DNA of 64,000 bases from Geosiphon pyriformis uo1 (lineage: Eukaryota > Fungi > Glomeromycota). Within the stretch, counting starts at the first letter, position 1. Every line of letters begins with the position of its first letter. The notes beneath the pieces are model-generated. The model was not told the origin of the DNA, did no database searches, and saw nothing but the letters and a program-made list of their open reading frames with translations. The position numbers and the translations under genes are program-made. The stretch spans positions 726,604-790,603 of the forward strand of contig JAAOMT010000226.1 in NCBI GenBank assembly GCA_016748015.1, in the 5' to 3' direction. This document shows positions 26,218-40,127 of the stretch, piece by piece.

Positions 26218-28163
26218 CTTGAATTTGTAGGTTTGATGATTAATTGAATTATTTTTACCCGAAAAATATATAAACTAACAATTTTTTAGCTGTTTGAATG
26301 AAAATTTGGGCTCTAAAAATTAATTTTTTTCTGAAACGACACAGTCGAGATAGAAACTTTTGGAATTATCAAATGGTCTTTTTCTTTCAAGAAAGAAAAA
26401 GATTTGTTGAAGATTGTAGTAAAACGAAAAGAACTGGTCCCTTTTTTATAAGAGCAACAGAAGAATGGGCAGGTGTTTGGGACGAAAATTTAATCAGAAG
26501 ATTGACGTAATTAATTTTAAATTAATAATTTGAACACAAAAATATTACAAGAAACAAGAATGACCAATTACGCTCAGCGTTAATGGAAATATACAAACAG
26601 ATAAATAAGTTGCGAATTAAGAATTTAATACACCTACAATGAAATTAAAAACGGCAAGCCGTTTGTAGAGTGTAATTAAGAAAAAGAAAACAAAAAAAAT
26701 CAAAATCCTACAAACAAAATGTTTTGTCGGTAAAGAACGGATTTTCTGGTGAATGAGGGTGAATTGAATTCTTTTATAGAGTAATTTTCTAATGGTGTAA
26801 ATGCTCAACTGAGTACTCGATGTCGTATCACACGGGGCAACGTGTTCCAAAGGGTGAGTGAGACTCTTTCAAAAAAAAATTTGCCTGCGTTTCGTTGATT
26901 CTGCTGTGCATCCAATTGCCCAAAATTTCATAAAATTTTATGCAGATATAATATTTTGATGAATTTATTTTGGCATACATTGTTCGTTCGTTTGTTTATT
27001 TGTATAATATTATTTAACTATTAGATGCAGTAAGTCAACCGCATAGCATAATGTTTTACATTAAAAAGACTACGAAAAATAATTATATTTTCGGTACTTA
27101 TCGTTGTAAACTTTTTAAGTTGGATTATATTTTGTAGACATACACACAAAATTCAAAAGAAATCAAGAGAAATAAAAAATCACTTGACTATCTCTCGATA
27201 ATTCATTTCACCCAATTTGTATAGTTTAGATTAGATATTTCTAAATTTAGTATATCAATGAAGAATACCACGTTTTTCTAAGGGTAAGTTCTCAATTTTG
27301 AAGGTATTCCTGAAATTGATAAGATTACACGGATGACAGGGGCAAAATACTGGGTCATTTTTTTTTAGATTTTTTATTGGGAACTTTTTTTTTTCCAAGA
27401 AATCGCCAGATCAAGGAACAGAAGCGATGCCGAAAGTGGTTATATTTTGAAACGGTTGGATGCACCAAAAATCATGTAGGGCTATTCTATTCGATCAACA
27501 TGTGCATTAAGATACATTAAATAGAAATTTGGAAGAATTCTGTGTTACTTGATTTTTTCAAATTGTGATATGTCACGAATTTGTAAATGGTATTTAAAAA
27601 ACGTGAGACGTGATACACCTGAAAGATAACCTGTTTCTGAAACATTTGATATGATTCAAAAAGGAGAAAATTATATAATTTTTGGATTATACCATTCAAT
27701 TTGAATCAGAGTAGGAAGGAAGAGAAAGAGATGAAAATAAATTTTTGTAAAGTTTTCATTCTTTAGAATTACTGCAATCAGCATATTAAATTTATCGTTT
27801 CAATCAATGAAAATAGAAACTTTAACAGAACAGTTTTAAATGTCATACTTTTAGATTTTTTTTTAACTCCGATTTCAATCCGACCCATTTACCTTCTTTA
27901 CCAAAATTCTCATTGAATTATTATTATTATTATTATTATTATTATTGAAATAAAATTGCATTTAGCATTGCATTAATGAACGAATAAAATTTAAATTATC
28001 CTGTTTTCCCGATAAAGTTCAACTTACTCGATAGTTCTAGCCTTTAATAATCCTTAACAGGGTATGATTTTGACCAAAGATCTTGTTGTTTGGACACAAA
28101 ATGAATAATGACAGCAAATATTTTACATTATTTAATCGAATAAATAGTTTTTAACTAGTCAGC

Positions 28164-28195
<32 letters not shown>

Positions 28196-28240
28196 TAATT
28201 AGTTAGTTAGATAAAATAGATAGTTAATTAGTTAGATAAG
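28164..28240 (+). repeat. (GATA)n/(TAGT)n microsatellite
   Basis: Read directly from the sequence. Confidence 0.9.
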
Positions 28241-29695
28241 ATATTAATCTTACAATTACATGTTTACATCTGATACCGGGTAATTAATAAATAATAGTAC
28301 AAGTATTTCTCTCAAAGATCAAAAAGCCTAAAACTTTATTTCTTTTACAATTTTATTGCTACCAATTGTTAAATCGGTTTAAATGTTTTTTACAGTTTAA
28401 ACTAAAAAATTTTCTTTCTAAACTTTTCTATTGCAAAAAGAATATTTAATGGTTAACAGACAGGTTAAATTGTTTAACCAAGTTAGTTGGGATGGATCAT
28501 TCTGTATAATGATTGAATATTTGACAATTAGATTTTGTAAATATTTTTAAAATTCTTTTTGATTTGAGGCTAAATTTTACTAATATTTTAGTCTTAATCT
28601 CTCCTTGTTCTCTTATCCTTATCTTTGAACTCTGGGCTGTGGTGAACTCGATCTGGGAGTTTGAATTTTCCATTTTTAGTAAATCATTGGATTCTTCATA
28701 AACTCAGATTTCCAAAGTTACACATGCTAAAACTAGATTCACCGAGTTTGATATACCCCTCAAAAATGGTCATACAACATATTTTATTTTTTCAATTAGA
28801 GATCTTTGACCTTCACGGGTTCACTGTTTTATTTGTTTACCTTAAGAGTGCTTACCCGGTTTTTCTTTGGGAGCTTACAGTATAACTGTTTTCTTTTTTT
28901 TCCATGCATTTCTCTGATCAGATCATTTATCGCGTCAATTATGCACACAAATAAACTATTTTATAGTCATAGAACAAAATAATTCAAAAATAAAATGCAT
29001 TTGAATTTTCAAAATATAGGTTTTTACTAAATTTATGGATCTAAATCTAAATTCTCTTGTTAAAATATATTATATTTTCATAAAGAAAACCCTTTTCTCA
29101 TTTCAAAATTGTAAAAAAAAATTTATTTATAATAAAATTAACTTATCCCAATTCAAATTTTTTGTAAAAAAAGTTCAAAATAAAAGGGTTTTTTATATAT
29201 GTATGTATGTATGTATTTATTAATGCTATGAAATAAAAAAAAATTCAAATTAAATTATCAACAAAATAATAATTGGAAGTTTCATGTTTCAAAATCGGCT
29301 TCACTAATCAAATGACTTTACACCTTAAATGCACTGAAAAATAAAGTTTATTAAATTTTTGTTTCATTAGGTAACATAAAAATTATGTATAACCAAGTCA
29401 TCTATTAAATGTTATCCTATGGCTTAAAGAATTATGCAGGGCTTCTTTTTGCCACTAACTATTAGAGTTTCAGTTTGAACTCTGATGATTGGTTTTTAAT
29501 TAAAAATATAGTAAAACAGTGATTAAAACTATAATCTAAAGTTTACCCAATAGTTTTTAAGATTTCTTTCAGGCTTGTCTTCATATGCAGATAAGGTTTT
29601 CAGCTGAATCAAAATAAATTAAATCGTTATTTCAATAAATTAATTTACTTTTGAGGCTTAATTTTCTCATGTGTTAACCTCATAAAAGTTTTGTA

Positions 29696-30057
29696 CAGAC
29701 GGTCACACGATATTAAGTCGAATTTTTCAAAATCGGAAAAAATTTTAAAGATTGCAATAATAATAATAATAATTGCGCTTGCGTGGTTATAGTTTTCATA
29801 ACAAAAAGAATCAGTTGACAATTCTAAATGTATACACAAATGGGTCACCAAAAACATCTTGGTAAAAACGAACGAACGAACGATTAGAATTATCAAAAAA
29901 TAGTTTTTATTTAAAAAGAAATCATAGTGATCGAAAATCCATTGTTGATAAACTTTCTGAACGTCGAATTCTCCGAGAAATCCCCCCCCCCCCAAAAAAA
30001 ATGCAGCAATAAGAAGATGCCAAAAAATTTGCTTACTCAATCTGTGTCACCCGTTTG
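29696..30057 (+). mobile_element. MITE/deletion derivative of the Tc1-like family at 4.4-5.2 kb
   Basis: TA-CAGACGGTCACACG ... TGTGTCACCCGTTTG-TA termini. Internal blocks TTGCGCTTGCGTGGTTAT and AAATGTATACACAAATGGGTCACCAAAAACATCTT closely match the reverse complement of 5070-5190. Confidence 0.78.
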
Positions 30058-31197
30058 TACAAATGATTACTAATAAATAATTCCTGAAATTTGGTTTTTT
30101 TTTTCTAACCTCAATAAGTAACAGAGGTAAATAAAGATAATTGGTTTATCTCGTTAATATTTTTCAGCTAATAAGATAATGCCAAAATGATGAGAATAAT
30201 TTTGATAAACATAATTAAAAATTATTATTATTATTATTATTATTTTGAATTCATGACATGATAATTGAGTAGCTAGATATTGGCTAATTTTTATTTTAAT
30301 TATCTCTGACAGGTTAAATGTTAAATTTTTTAATTATTAATGATATATTGCACTCAAAAATTTATTTTTTAATCTTTTTCACATTTCATTTACGCCAAAC
30401 AATCAAATGAAAATTATTTTTCTCACATCCTAAACCATATGTATGGAGAAAAATGGTTAATGAAAATTAAATTTTTCAATGAACTCTGAATTTTATGAAT
30501 TGATCAAATTTCACTCGTTCAGTTAATCATATGTATTAAATTTATTAAAAGTTTCTATAAAGGTATCATAGACTGAAAAGTGAAAAAATGCTCATATGTG
30601 TATGAAGATTATTTCCCTTAATTTCAAAAATTATGAAACGAATTATATCTCAATCATAATTAAAAATGGGTATCTATTTAATTTATAGCCTTAACCAGTA
30701 AATCAAATTGATACTTTTTATGAATTTATTTATTTATTTATTTATTTATTTATTTGCAATTTTTTGAGTTATTTTCTTATTTAATTTTTATACTTATGAA
30801 TCAATAATTTGTAAATTTTGATTTGTTTATATTATAAATAAATAAATAAATAATATAAAATCTTGTCCATTAAAGAATTGAATTGAAATGAAATGAAAAC
30901 ATCTATTATTATTAATATCAACCCTAATTAGATATCATAGAAAAAAAAAGTCATGTTCATACCTGCAATGTTGATATCAAAAGTGATAAAACAATGAATT
31001 TCTATTTAGAGTTCTTTTGAACATTTCGTCATACTCATCTATGCAAAAACCTACTAATTTCAGCAGCATAAGCCATTTCCATCGAAAATGTGCTCGTATA
31101 ATTAATCTGGTTTATTACCCCCCTCGAATCAGTAGCTTGCTGGTGTTTCTTCCAATTTTTTACTTTCAAAGTTTCTATTTGTGGTTTTACAATTTGA

Positions 31198-31228
<31 letters not shown>

Positions 31229-31243
31229 ATGATTATGATGATG
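31198..31243 (+). repeat. (GAT)n microsatellite
   Basis: Read directly from the sequence. Confidence 0.9.
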
Positions 31244-32775
31244 AAATGAACATACATTGCATATAGGTCTCATCTCTTTTCATCCCCCCTAAAGAATCCA
31301 AAAATATGTGAGCATCAACGCCATTAGCTAAATGGAACATCATCCGCGTTTACCTTACAGATTTCTTTTAAAAGTTGTTGGCGTGCGCAATTCTGATAAT
31401 CATAAAGCACTACTTATGACTTCCAGCTTGCAGTTTTGATCCAATTGAAAGCCTCAAAGGTTTCATGTTAATTTAAATGACTTTAGAGCCTTGAATGTTC
31501 TTTATTCTAAGGAGAATTGATTGTATAATGAAAACTTATTTAACCAAAGTAAATTGACATCAGTTAATGATTTCAGAACTGTAAGAAGTTGTTCACAGTC
31601 TTTTTATATTCAGTTCACATACCATATTGGCTCCAAATTTCATCCAGAAATCCAGATATAGTTATATGATCTAGTGAATTCTTTTAGAATATTCTAAAAA
31701 GTTGAAAATTTTTTTTTTCTTATAAAAAGTTGAAAGAACAAACGTTATAAATTTTTACAATGTAGATCGTGGCTAAATAATGTACAAACTTCGAAAAGCA
31801 GGAACATGAAACTTATATGATACCAAAAAAAAAACAAATTAATATTGCCAAATATGAAAAGACAATAAGTTTTTTTTTTTAAAAAAAAAGTTTGTCATTT
31901 TAGTTGCTTATTGCGGAATTGTGAGCTCTTTCAAAAAATCAGAACAAAATATATTTTAATGACCTAGTTTAAACCTATAAATTTTGTAAAAATTTGCTTT
32001 AATAATAAAAGAACAAGTAAACATTTTATCATTGAAAATTATAATATACAAAATTTTCAAAAAAAAATTCATCTAATAAAATCATTATAATATATAAAAA
32101 AATGTTTCAATGAAAAATTAAAATGATTAATCAACAAAACAATTTGAATTACATTTATTAAGTGGGATTTTTATTATTAATAACATCTCTAATTAATATA
32201 TATAATTTCATATTATTCAAATCTATTATTATAGCTAAAAAGTTTGGGAATAAGTATTTTAAATGTATAATTCCAATTAAAATTTTCGCTCCAAATATTC
32301 CTAACCCTTATTATTCAACCAAATTTTCGATCATGGAAGAAAATATTTATTTGATAGATACTAAAAATATTTTACATAATTTGAATAATTTATCGCTTAA
32401 ATAATAGTTTGCTTTCTTTAATCCTAATGCAATTTTAACAAAATAATAATATGTTAAATGTTTGAAAGCGAAAAATTTAAACGAATTTAAATTCAGATTG
32501 GCAAGAAGGTTTTAAATTAACAAGTTAACAGCGGATAACCTTTTAATTTTTCTAATCTCAATCGAAATTAATTAATTAGTTTTAGATTTAGATTTATTTT
32601 ATTTCCAAAACTGAGATAAAATTAAATAGGTTTGTTTTGTAAGATGCGTCTTTGAAAAATATGCTCATGTCTATTTTTTAAATTCTATGTTAAAATAATT
32701 GAAAATAAATAAAAACTAGTAAAGTAGCAGAGTTATAAAAAAAAATATTGTTCATCTCTGATTCAAAAGTTTTGT

Positions 32776-33441
32776 TTAATAATAAACCTTGGGGTTATGA
32801 TTGCCATTACCATTACCATTGAAATCACCATTATTATGATTACCATTGATTGAGCCTAATATTATTGTTTAAAGAGTAAGAATTATTCAACGAGCAAATA
32901 TTTTGGATAAAATTACAAATAAAACTTACCATGCCAATCACCAATATTACCATTTCCATTATTACTACCATTAGCAATACCATAATTGTATGATCCATTA
33001 TAGGAACCATTATTGCTTCCAATATTATTGTTACCGTTATTTGAACCACTTGCCGGGTCTGAACTTCCTATTCCATTATAAGAGCCATTATTGCTTCCAA
33101 TATTATGGTTGCCATTGTTTGTACCCGAGTTACTGACACCGTTGTTACTTCCTATATTTTGATTTCCTCCATTGCCATTACCGATATTACCTTTACCAGT
33201 GTTACCACCTTTAATGTGAATCAACAACAAAATATTTAAATACAGGTTTTCTATTGATACCAAATTAAGTATTTATCTAAAAATCTAACTTACATCCGAT
33301 ATCATTAAAGGTTACAGTGCATTGGCTAATATCGTAACCAGATAAATTTTTTTTTGTTTGAACAGGTGCTGCTGAAACATTTAGCAAAGCAGTAAGAGAA
33401 ATGAGAGTGATGAAGAAAAGAGTAAAATTTTTTAATGACAT
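32776..33441 (-). CDS. Secreted Asn/Gly-repeat protein, paralogue B (3 exons: 33441-33294, 33208-32930, 32855-32776)
   Basis: MSLKNFTLFFITLISLTALLNVSA-APVQTKKNLSGYDISQCTVTFNDIGC-GNTGKGNIGNGNGGNQNIGSNNG...SSDPASGSNNG...GNHNPKVYY*. Canonical GTAAG/AG introns keep the frame. Confidence 0.88.
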
Positions 33442-36440
33442 TTTTCCTGAATTTTGTGGTTAGGGTTTATTTGATTAATTCTTTGAGAAAATGAAATAAA
33501 TTAAAATAAAATAAACTTTTTTAAGCTAGGAAAGGTAGAATTGAAAGCGTATTTAAAGATTAAAAGACAAGTTTCTTGGTTAAATTGGGGGGTGGGGGGT
33601 GGGGGGAAGGGAGGGGTTTTTTGATGAAGGTTTTCCCTCGCATTTTTAAAAGAATTTTTTTTTTGTGGCTTAAGCTTACCGTTATTGTGAATTGAAAATT
33701 TTCAAAAAATGATACACATGATCTAATTTAAGAAACTGATGGTGGATTTTCAATAATTTTATAATTTAATCTTATACATAGATTATAATTAGCTTTCTTA
33801 TTCACAGATTTTGGTCTTGAAAGTCTAAATTCCATTTTTTCATTAATTAATTAAATGCATAAAAATTTTAAGGCTAGACAGTAAATCCAAAGAAAGATAT
33901 AATTAAAATTTATACAAAGAATTTCAAAATGAAAATTCACAAAAAGTGTTTACGCTTACATTGTTCATTAATTAATTTAAACTTCAACTTAAAATTACAA
34001 TTTTTTCTCTTTTAAAATATCATGCTTTTCGTTAAAATAGGAAGAAAGAATAGGTGGTGAGTATTACACTTTGGGTTAATGGATAAAATAATTATTCCAT
34101 AATAATAGTATATATTGTGTATCAGGCTACGTCCAATAAAAATAGAAAAAGATATTTTAATTTTAATCTATGAAAAAATTTCTTGACAATGAAATGAAAA
34201 TCTATTCTTAAAAAGTTATCATACGAGAAACTTTTTTCTATGATGAATTCTTTATTGAAAGTAATAGATTTTTTTTTAGAAAAAAAAAAACTCAGATTCA
34301 ACTCAATTAGATAATCTTTCGATTGGATTGGGTATCAGTATAGAAAAAAAATGGGTAGATAAAAAAAAAGGAATAAATAATAGGTTGGATGGAATTGAGG
34401 GAGTAAACAAAAATATGCATCAGGCTTTTTTGAAGGAAGAAGGTCGGTAACATAGTAAATTTTGGTAATAGTGTTGCCGCAATAACTTTCCCCCATAAAT
34501 GTATTATTGTAACATATAATTGCTAAAATTAGTTTTCAAAACAAATTTTTTTTAGATAGTCCAATTACCCATTGAAAATTAAAAATAAAATAAAATAAAA
34601 TATTGAAATAAAGATTATTAAATAAATCTTATATATTAGTTTAAAAATAAAACAGATTAAGGAGGAATCATTTCAGGTATACCTTAGATTATCTTTAATA
34701 TATTCCAAATTTTCCCAAGATCAAACTTTATTTCTTAATTTAAAGTGAAATTAAATAAATGAAATGAAATGCGTGAGGAAACAATATGAAATACAATCTT
34801 TTATTTTTAATTCAATGATTTCGGAATTTTTAATTCAAAATTAATCCCAAACAATTAATCTACATATCGAAAATGTGATCATATAAATATTAAATTCTCT
34901 AAAGGCATTTAGTTAGAAATTGAGCGCGGTATAACAAACATAATCTAAATCTATTTTTCATTTTAATTTAACATGTACAAAAAAAGAGCATCCATAAGAA
35001 AGCATCAAATCCCTGACTCTATACGCGGTCCCATAAGTCTTTAAGCTTTAACAGAAGACTGGGAGAATCTTTCACAAAACACAATCAACGAAACTAGAAA
35101 AATTTTTTTAAATTTAATTAAAAAAATTCAATCTTATTTCATTGATGAGAACTTCAAAAGAATCTTAAAGGCTGAGACATTTGGGCAGGTTATTCCGAGT
35201 TTTAATGTTTAATTCTCATTTTTAGATGGCTTTCTTTGATTTCACCGCTTTTAGTGATTGATTGATTGATTGATTGATATTCATAGAAAGATTCCTTTGA
35301 TCTTTTCGAAAATATCTTAAAATGCGTGCCAATGATAAACTTTTCCATCGAAAATTGTGAAAGCATACATATATTAAAAATAATTTTTTTTTTCTTTTAA
35401 AGGAAACCCGTAATCAAAAAAAATTTGACCGAAAAAATACCTCGAAACGTGAAACGGCTGATGCCCGCCGTTAAATAAGGCTAAAATTTACCAACATTTC
35501 ACATGGTATGTTCAAAGAGAATTGCAAAATAAATAATAGATTGTTCAACTCCGTCGCTATTCAAATACATGGAAATTATTATTATTATTATTATTAAAAG
35601 TTTCAGTTAAAAAAACATCATATAATAAATTCTATTGATCCCTTTATTCAGATTAATTTGGTTTTTTTATATAAAAATTACATCATCATTTTATAAAATT
35701 TGCTTGTTTATTTGTTTGTTTTTGTTTTCTTCCTATTTTCTATGATACGTATTGATATCTTGATCTCTTAAAAAAAGGTTTTTATTGTATTGTATTATAT
35801 TGTAAAAAAGTAGACGCATTGGAAATCATTCAATCTTCTTTTCTCACGCCAAAACTGGTATATTTATTGGATATCTTTGAAATTGCCTCAATTTAAATAC
35901 ATGTAATTAGTTAATAATAATAACAACTTATAAAAATGTCCTTTTTTAAAATTCTTTCAAAAAAAGGTAAAAAAATTTTATTACTAACAAAATTTATATC
36001 GTAACCTTCTAGTTTTTTAGTAATCGTTCCTTTTTTGAAGAATCAGGTTTTTCCTCCAGTTAAAAAAAGGGTCTAACATTGTAAGATTAGATTACTTCTT
36101 TAATTCAGTTAGTCCTTTTAAAAACGCTGTCGTAAAACTTAACAAAATATTGAATTTCAAGTGAAATGACGAAAAATTATTTTTGGTAAAATCGTGTTAA
36201 AAAAAATGGATCTCACCAATTATGATGAAGACGAAGGGAAAAATTTTGTAGGCAAACTAAAGAAAACAATATCTTTGGTTCTATTGATAGATATTATTCT
36301 TTCAAGGTATGTGTCTATAATAGTTATAAAAAATATACTTATAAAAGAAGTCTTATCTTTTAAAATTCCCAACAATCTCACCATAACTCAAGTTTTCTGA
36401 TTTCTTTCTTAAAAAAAACCGAAATCAGTTTTCTCAAAAA

Positions 36441-37011
36441 ATGGCACCAAAATCATTTTTCGCTTTCTTTATCTCCATCGCTCTGTTTGCATTGACCTCG
36501 ATATCGGCTGCACCAGTTCCAACTGGCTTGAGTAATTGTCATACTGAAGTGGGTGATGTTGGTTGGTAAGTAGTGTGGAAAAATTTTAAAATTTATAATC
36601 CCGAGTAAAATTCAATTTTTAAATTTTGATTCATTTCTAATATTAAATATCAACAACATCAACATCAACAGTGGTAATACTGGACAATCGAACGTAGGAA
36701 ACAACAACGGTGGAAATAATAATGTCGGTGACTATAATGGATATGCAAACACTGGAGTCGATAATGGTAGCAACAATGTTGGTAGCTATAATGGTTCATG
36801 GAATAGTGGTTCAAGTAATGGAAACAATAATATTGGATACTGGAATGGTTCATTAAACGGTGGTAGTGGTAATGGAAACAACAATAGAGGCAATTTTAAT
36901 GGTAAGCTTGTTATAGTTCCCCTTATTTATCTCTTTGAAATTATTCTTACTAAATATTTTTTCTATATTCCTATTTTCCCCAACCCTATAGGAGTAGGGA
37001 ACGGAAATTAA
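36441..37011 (+). CDS. Secreted Asn/Gly-repeat protein, paralogue C (3 exons: 36441-36565, 36672-36901, 36992-37011)
   Basis: MAPKSFFAFFISIALFALTSISA-APVPTGLSNCHTEVGDVGC-GNTGQSNVGNNNGGNNNVGDYNG...GNFNGVGNGN*. Not in the ORF track on this strand because it is spliced. Confidence 0.88.
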
Positions 37012-38335
37012 TAAATGAGTCTCAAAAATTCATAAGACCAGTTTCCCCCTGATAAAATTAGCATAGACGATCTTCTAACATTGTTTTGCAAACTTTTTTT
37101 TTTCTTCTTTCGATTCTTGACTTTGTGTAACATTTATTTTGAAACCCTTTTTAAAAATTTCCTTAATCCGAAACTGGATTAAATAAAAAAAATCTTTTAA
37201 CAACGATTTTCTCTTGCAAGTTATATCATTTCCAAAAAAAAATTCTCTTTTTGAAAATTGACCCACCCTTTTACTTATTGTTGTATACAAACAAAACAAA
37301 ACAAAACAAAACAAAAAACAAAACTTTAATAAAAAATTTGTGAAACCAGTTTTGACTCTTTGAAAATTTTAAATTTTTTATTGGGACAAATGTTTTGTTT
37401 CTAAACGTAAAAAGCACCTTTACAATTCAAAATATCTCTGATAAATTTGTCGAACGTAGATATTTTATTTCATGATTCTCTACTTCAATTATGAAAGCAC
37501 ACGGAATCTTATTCTCACAAAATAGAGTTTACCAATCACTTGCATAAATATCAAAGATAGTTTCTAAGTTTTCAAAGGAAACCTGAATTTTTTGTAATTT
37601 ATCAAGTTTTTCTTTTCTATCAACTTGAAAATTCCACAGAGTTCAAATTGATAAAAAGATTTTTAGATTTTCAGAAGAAAAGTGTGTAAAATCGATCTTG
37701 AAAAATAATGATTATCTCATAGCCCATCCAGGAACCTGTTGGATGAGAGGCTGATTTTTTAATCAACCAACCAACTTTCTTTTTCATTTTACGTGGCAAA
37801 GTCTGGACTCTTATTTCCAAGATTTCGATGAACAGAAGGAATATACTAATGGCTTAGAGTTAGAACCTCAATCAGAATTTTTTGCACTTTGAAAGAAGTT
37901 GACCAACATTTAGGATTCCAGAGTTCAAAAATCGGCAATAAAAGGTCATAAGAATAGGTGAAATATTTATAAAAAATAAAAATAAAAATAAAAAAAAGAA
38001 AAAGAAAAAGAAAATAAAAATAAAGAGAAACGAATTTCACGTTCAAAACTTTATCCAATTTTTTTTTTCAACAAATGAAATTCACAAAGCTACATAACGG
38101 TCATGAAAAATTAATTAACCTTCTAATAAACTAACCAATTATGACAATCCTACCAACAGTGCCTTATCCTAAAGTGAAATTCTCGCTTCTTTTTTAAAGG
38201 CTTAGTTTGACACAGGTAAGAGATTATACAATAATTTTTCTATAAAAACAAGGCCTCTCGAGTTTTTCCAAGGACACTCAAGCAATTTGTTTATATTCAT
38301 TTGCATTCCATATTTTTTAAACTCGCAACAAAAAA

Positions 38336-38653
38336 ATGTCACGAACCATTTTCACATTTTTCCTTCTTGCTTTCATTGCTCTTGCCGCTTTTTCTTCGGT
38401 CTCTGCGGCTCCATATTTAGTTAAACGTACTTGTTCAGCGGACGCGAACAGTATTGGCTGTGGTAATACCGGTAAAGGCAACATCGGGAATAATAATGCA
38501 GGAAACAATAATATCGGCTTAAATAATGGTTTTGGGAGCACCGGATTCAATAACGGAAATACCAATATTGGCAATAACAATGGTAGGTATAACGCTGGGG
38601 ATAACAATGGAAACAAAAATCTTGGTAACAACAATGGATCCTTTAATGGTTGA
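38336..38653 (+). CDS. Secreted Asn/Gly-repeat protein, paralogue D (intronless, 105 aa)
   Basis: Signal peptide VSA-AP, KR site, TCSADANSIGCGNTG cap, repeats to the C-terminus. Confidence 0.9.
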   Translation: MSRTIFTFFLLAFIALAAFSSVSAAPYLVKRTCSADANSIGCGNTGKGNIGNNNAGNNNIGLNNGFGSTGFNNGNTNIGNNNGRYNAGDNNGNKNLGNNNGSFNG

Positions 38654-40127
38654 AAGGTAAAAGTTTAATAAACCTTTTTCCAAAGAATAATTGGCATCTT
38701 CCGTCTCATGATTAATAACTTACTAATATTATCTAATGAATGTTACATTAAAATATTTTTATTCAAAGAATTAGCCCTAGTTGTTGAATTTTTTCCTTTA
38801 TAAATAAGTAAGATTAATTTAAAGATTATAGCTGATTTAAATTTTCCACGTGTGAATATCCTTTTTACTTCTTTCCCAACATAAGAAATTATTCATATTT
38901 AAAATGAAGATAGTTTTTGAATGATCAACTAAAACATGTAAATAAATTCTCTTTGGTAAATGGTAAAAAAAAAAATAAAGTTTGGAATTTCCCCCATCCT
39001 GAATTGCGTTTAAATCATGTATATCATTCAAAATTTATGCTAACCCAAAAACTAAGATATTTAAGGATATTCTATATAAGGAGAGAAAATTTTTTTTTCA
39101 TAAAATCTAGTAAAAATTATTATAAATTTGACTTCAATAGGTAGGCATTGTACTTTGTAAAATATAAAACCTGAGATAGGAATATATTCTCATATATAGT
39201 TTTCTTTAGGATACTTTTTTAATGAGCCTAGAAAACAGTACATTTTATCGATTAGAACTAAAATTAATATCGATTAGAAGTAAAATTAAAATTGACATTG
39301 ACAAATATTTGAATTTGTACGCATCAAAAATTTAGAAATTTCCCGTTTTTTAGGATAGCTGATAAAAGATTTTAATTAGATAAGGGATTAATAATAACAT
39401 TAAGTATTTTTATTTAATAGCTTATTCAGCTCTGTGGGTATTAGTGATTTAGATTTTTTTTGTTCTTTTATTAGTGCATTAATCATGTTCCAGCTTAATT
39501 TTTTTTCTTTTTTGATAGTGTAAATTTATTTAATAAAGGAGATAATTTTTTTCATAAAAGCCTCTCAAAACGAATCTACCAAAAAGTTTTTTTATTGCTA
39601 ATATTAGAAAGTCTATTTCAGATAGAACATAAAAAGTTGAATATTTTTTTGTAAATAATAAGCAATATTTATTAACTTTGCTCATTTAGAAAACAAATAC
39701 ATTAATTGATTCTATTAAGTAGTGAAGTGTGTTTGTTTGTCTTAGCAAAGGATTATGATCTAAAAATATAAATAAAGATTATGGCATTAAAAAAAGGTTG
39801 AGATTATTTGGATGTTAAAACTGTCCAAGCTTGATTTCATTTTTGGAAAAGTTACCAATCTATCTAACTGACACTTACAAACTATGAAGATTTAGTTCTC
39901 AGAACAGTTATAAAATTCTTGTTATTTGTAATCTAATAAAACATACAAGATTTAAGCAAAAAAATTAATATTTGCATTGATAAAATAATTCTCCAAATCT
40001 CTCTAGACGAAGTTTTTGAAAGCGTAAGGTTAGCATTGCATTATTTTGAAGACAAAATAAAGATTGCTAAAATATTAAAAATTTTATTAAAGCTTTATGG
40101 GTGCAAATATTTTCTTATTATTATATA

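Noticed and set aside
14278-26512. TGACGTAA/TTACGTAA bZIP-like sites (about 14280, 23229, 26503)
   Set aside because: Few, short and not consistently positioned relative to the paralogues.
36340-38248. TATAAAA boxes about 95-100 bp upstream of genes C and D
   Set aside because: Plausible, but not discriminating in DNA this AT-rich without TSS data.
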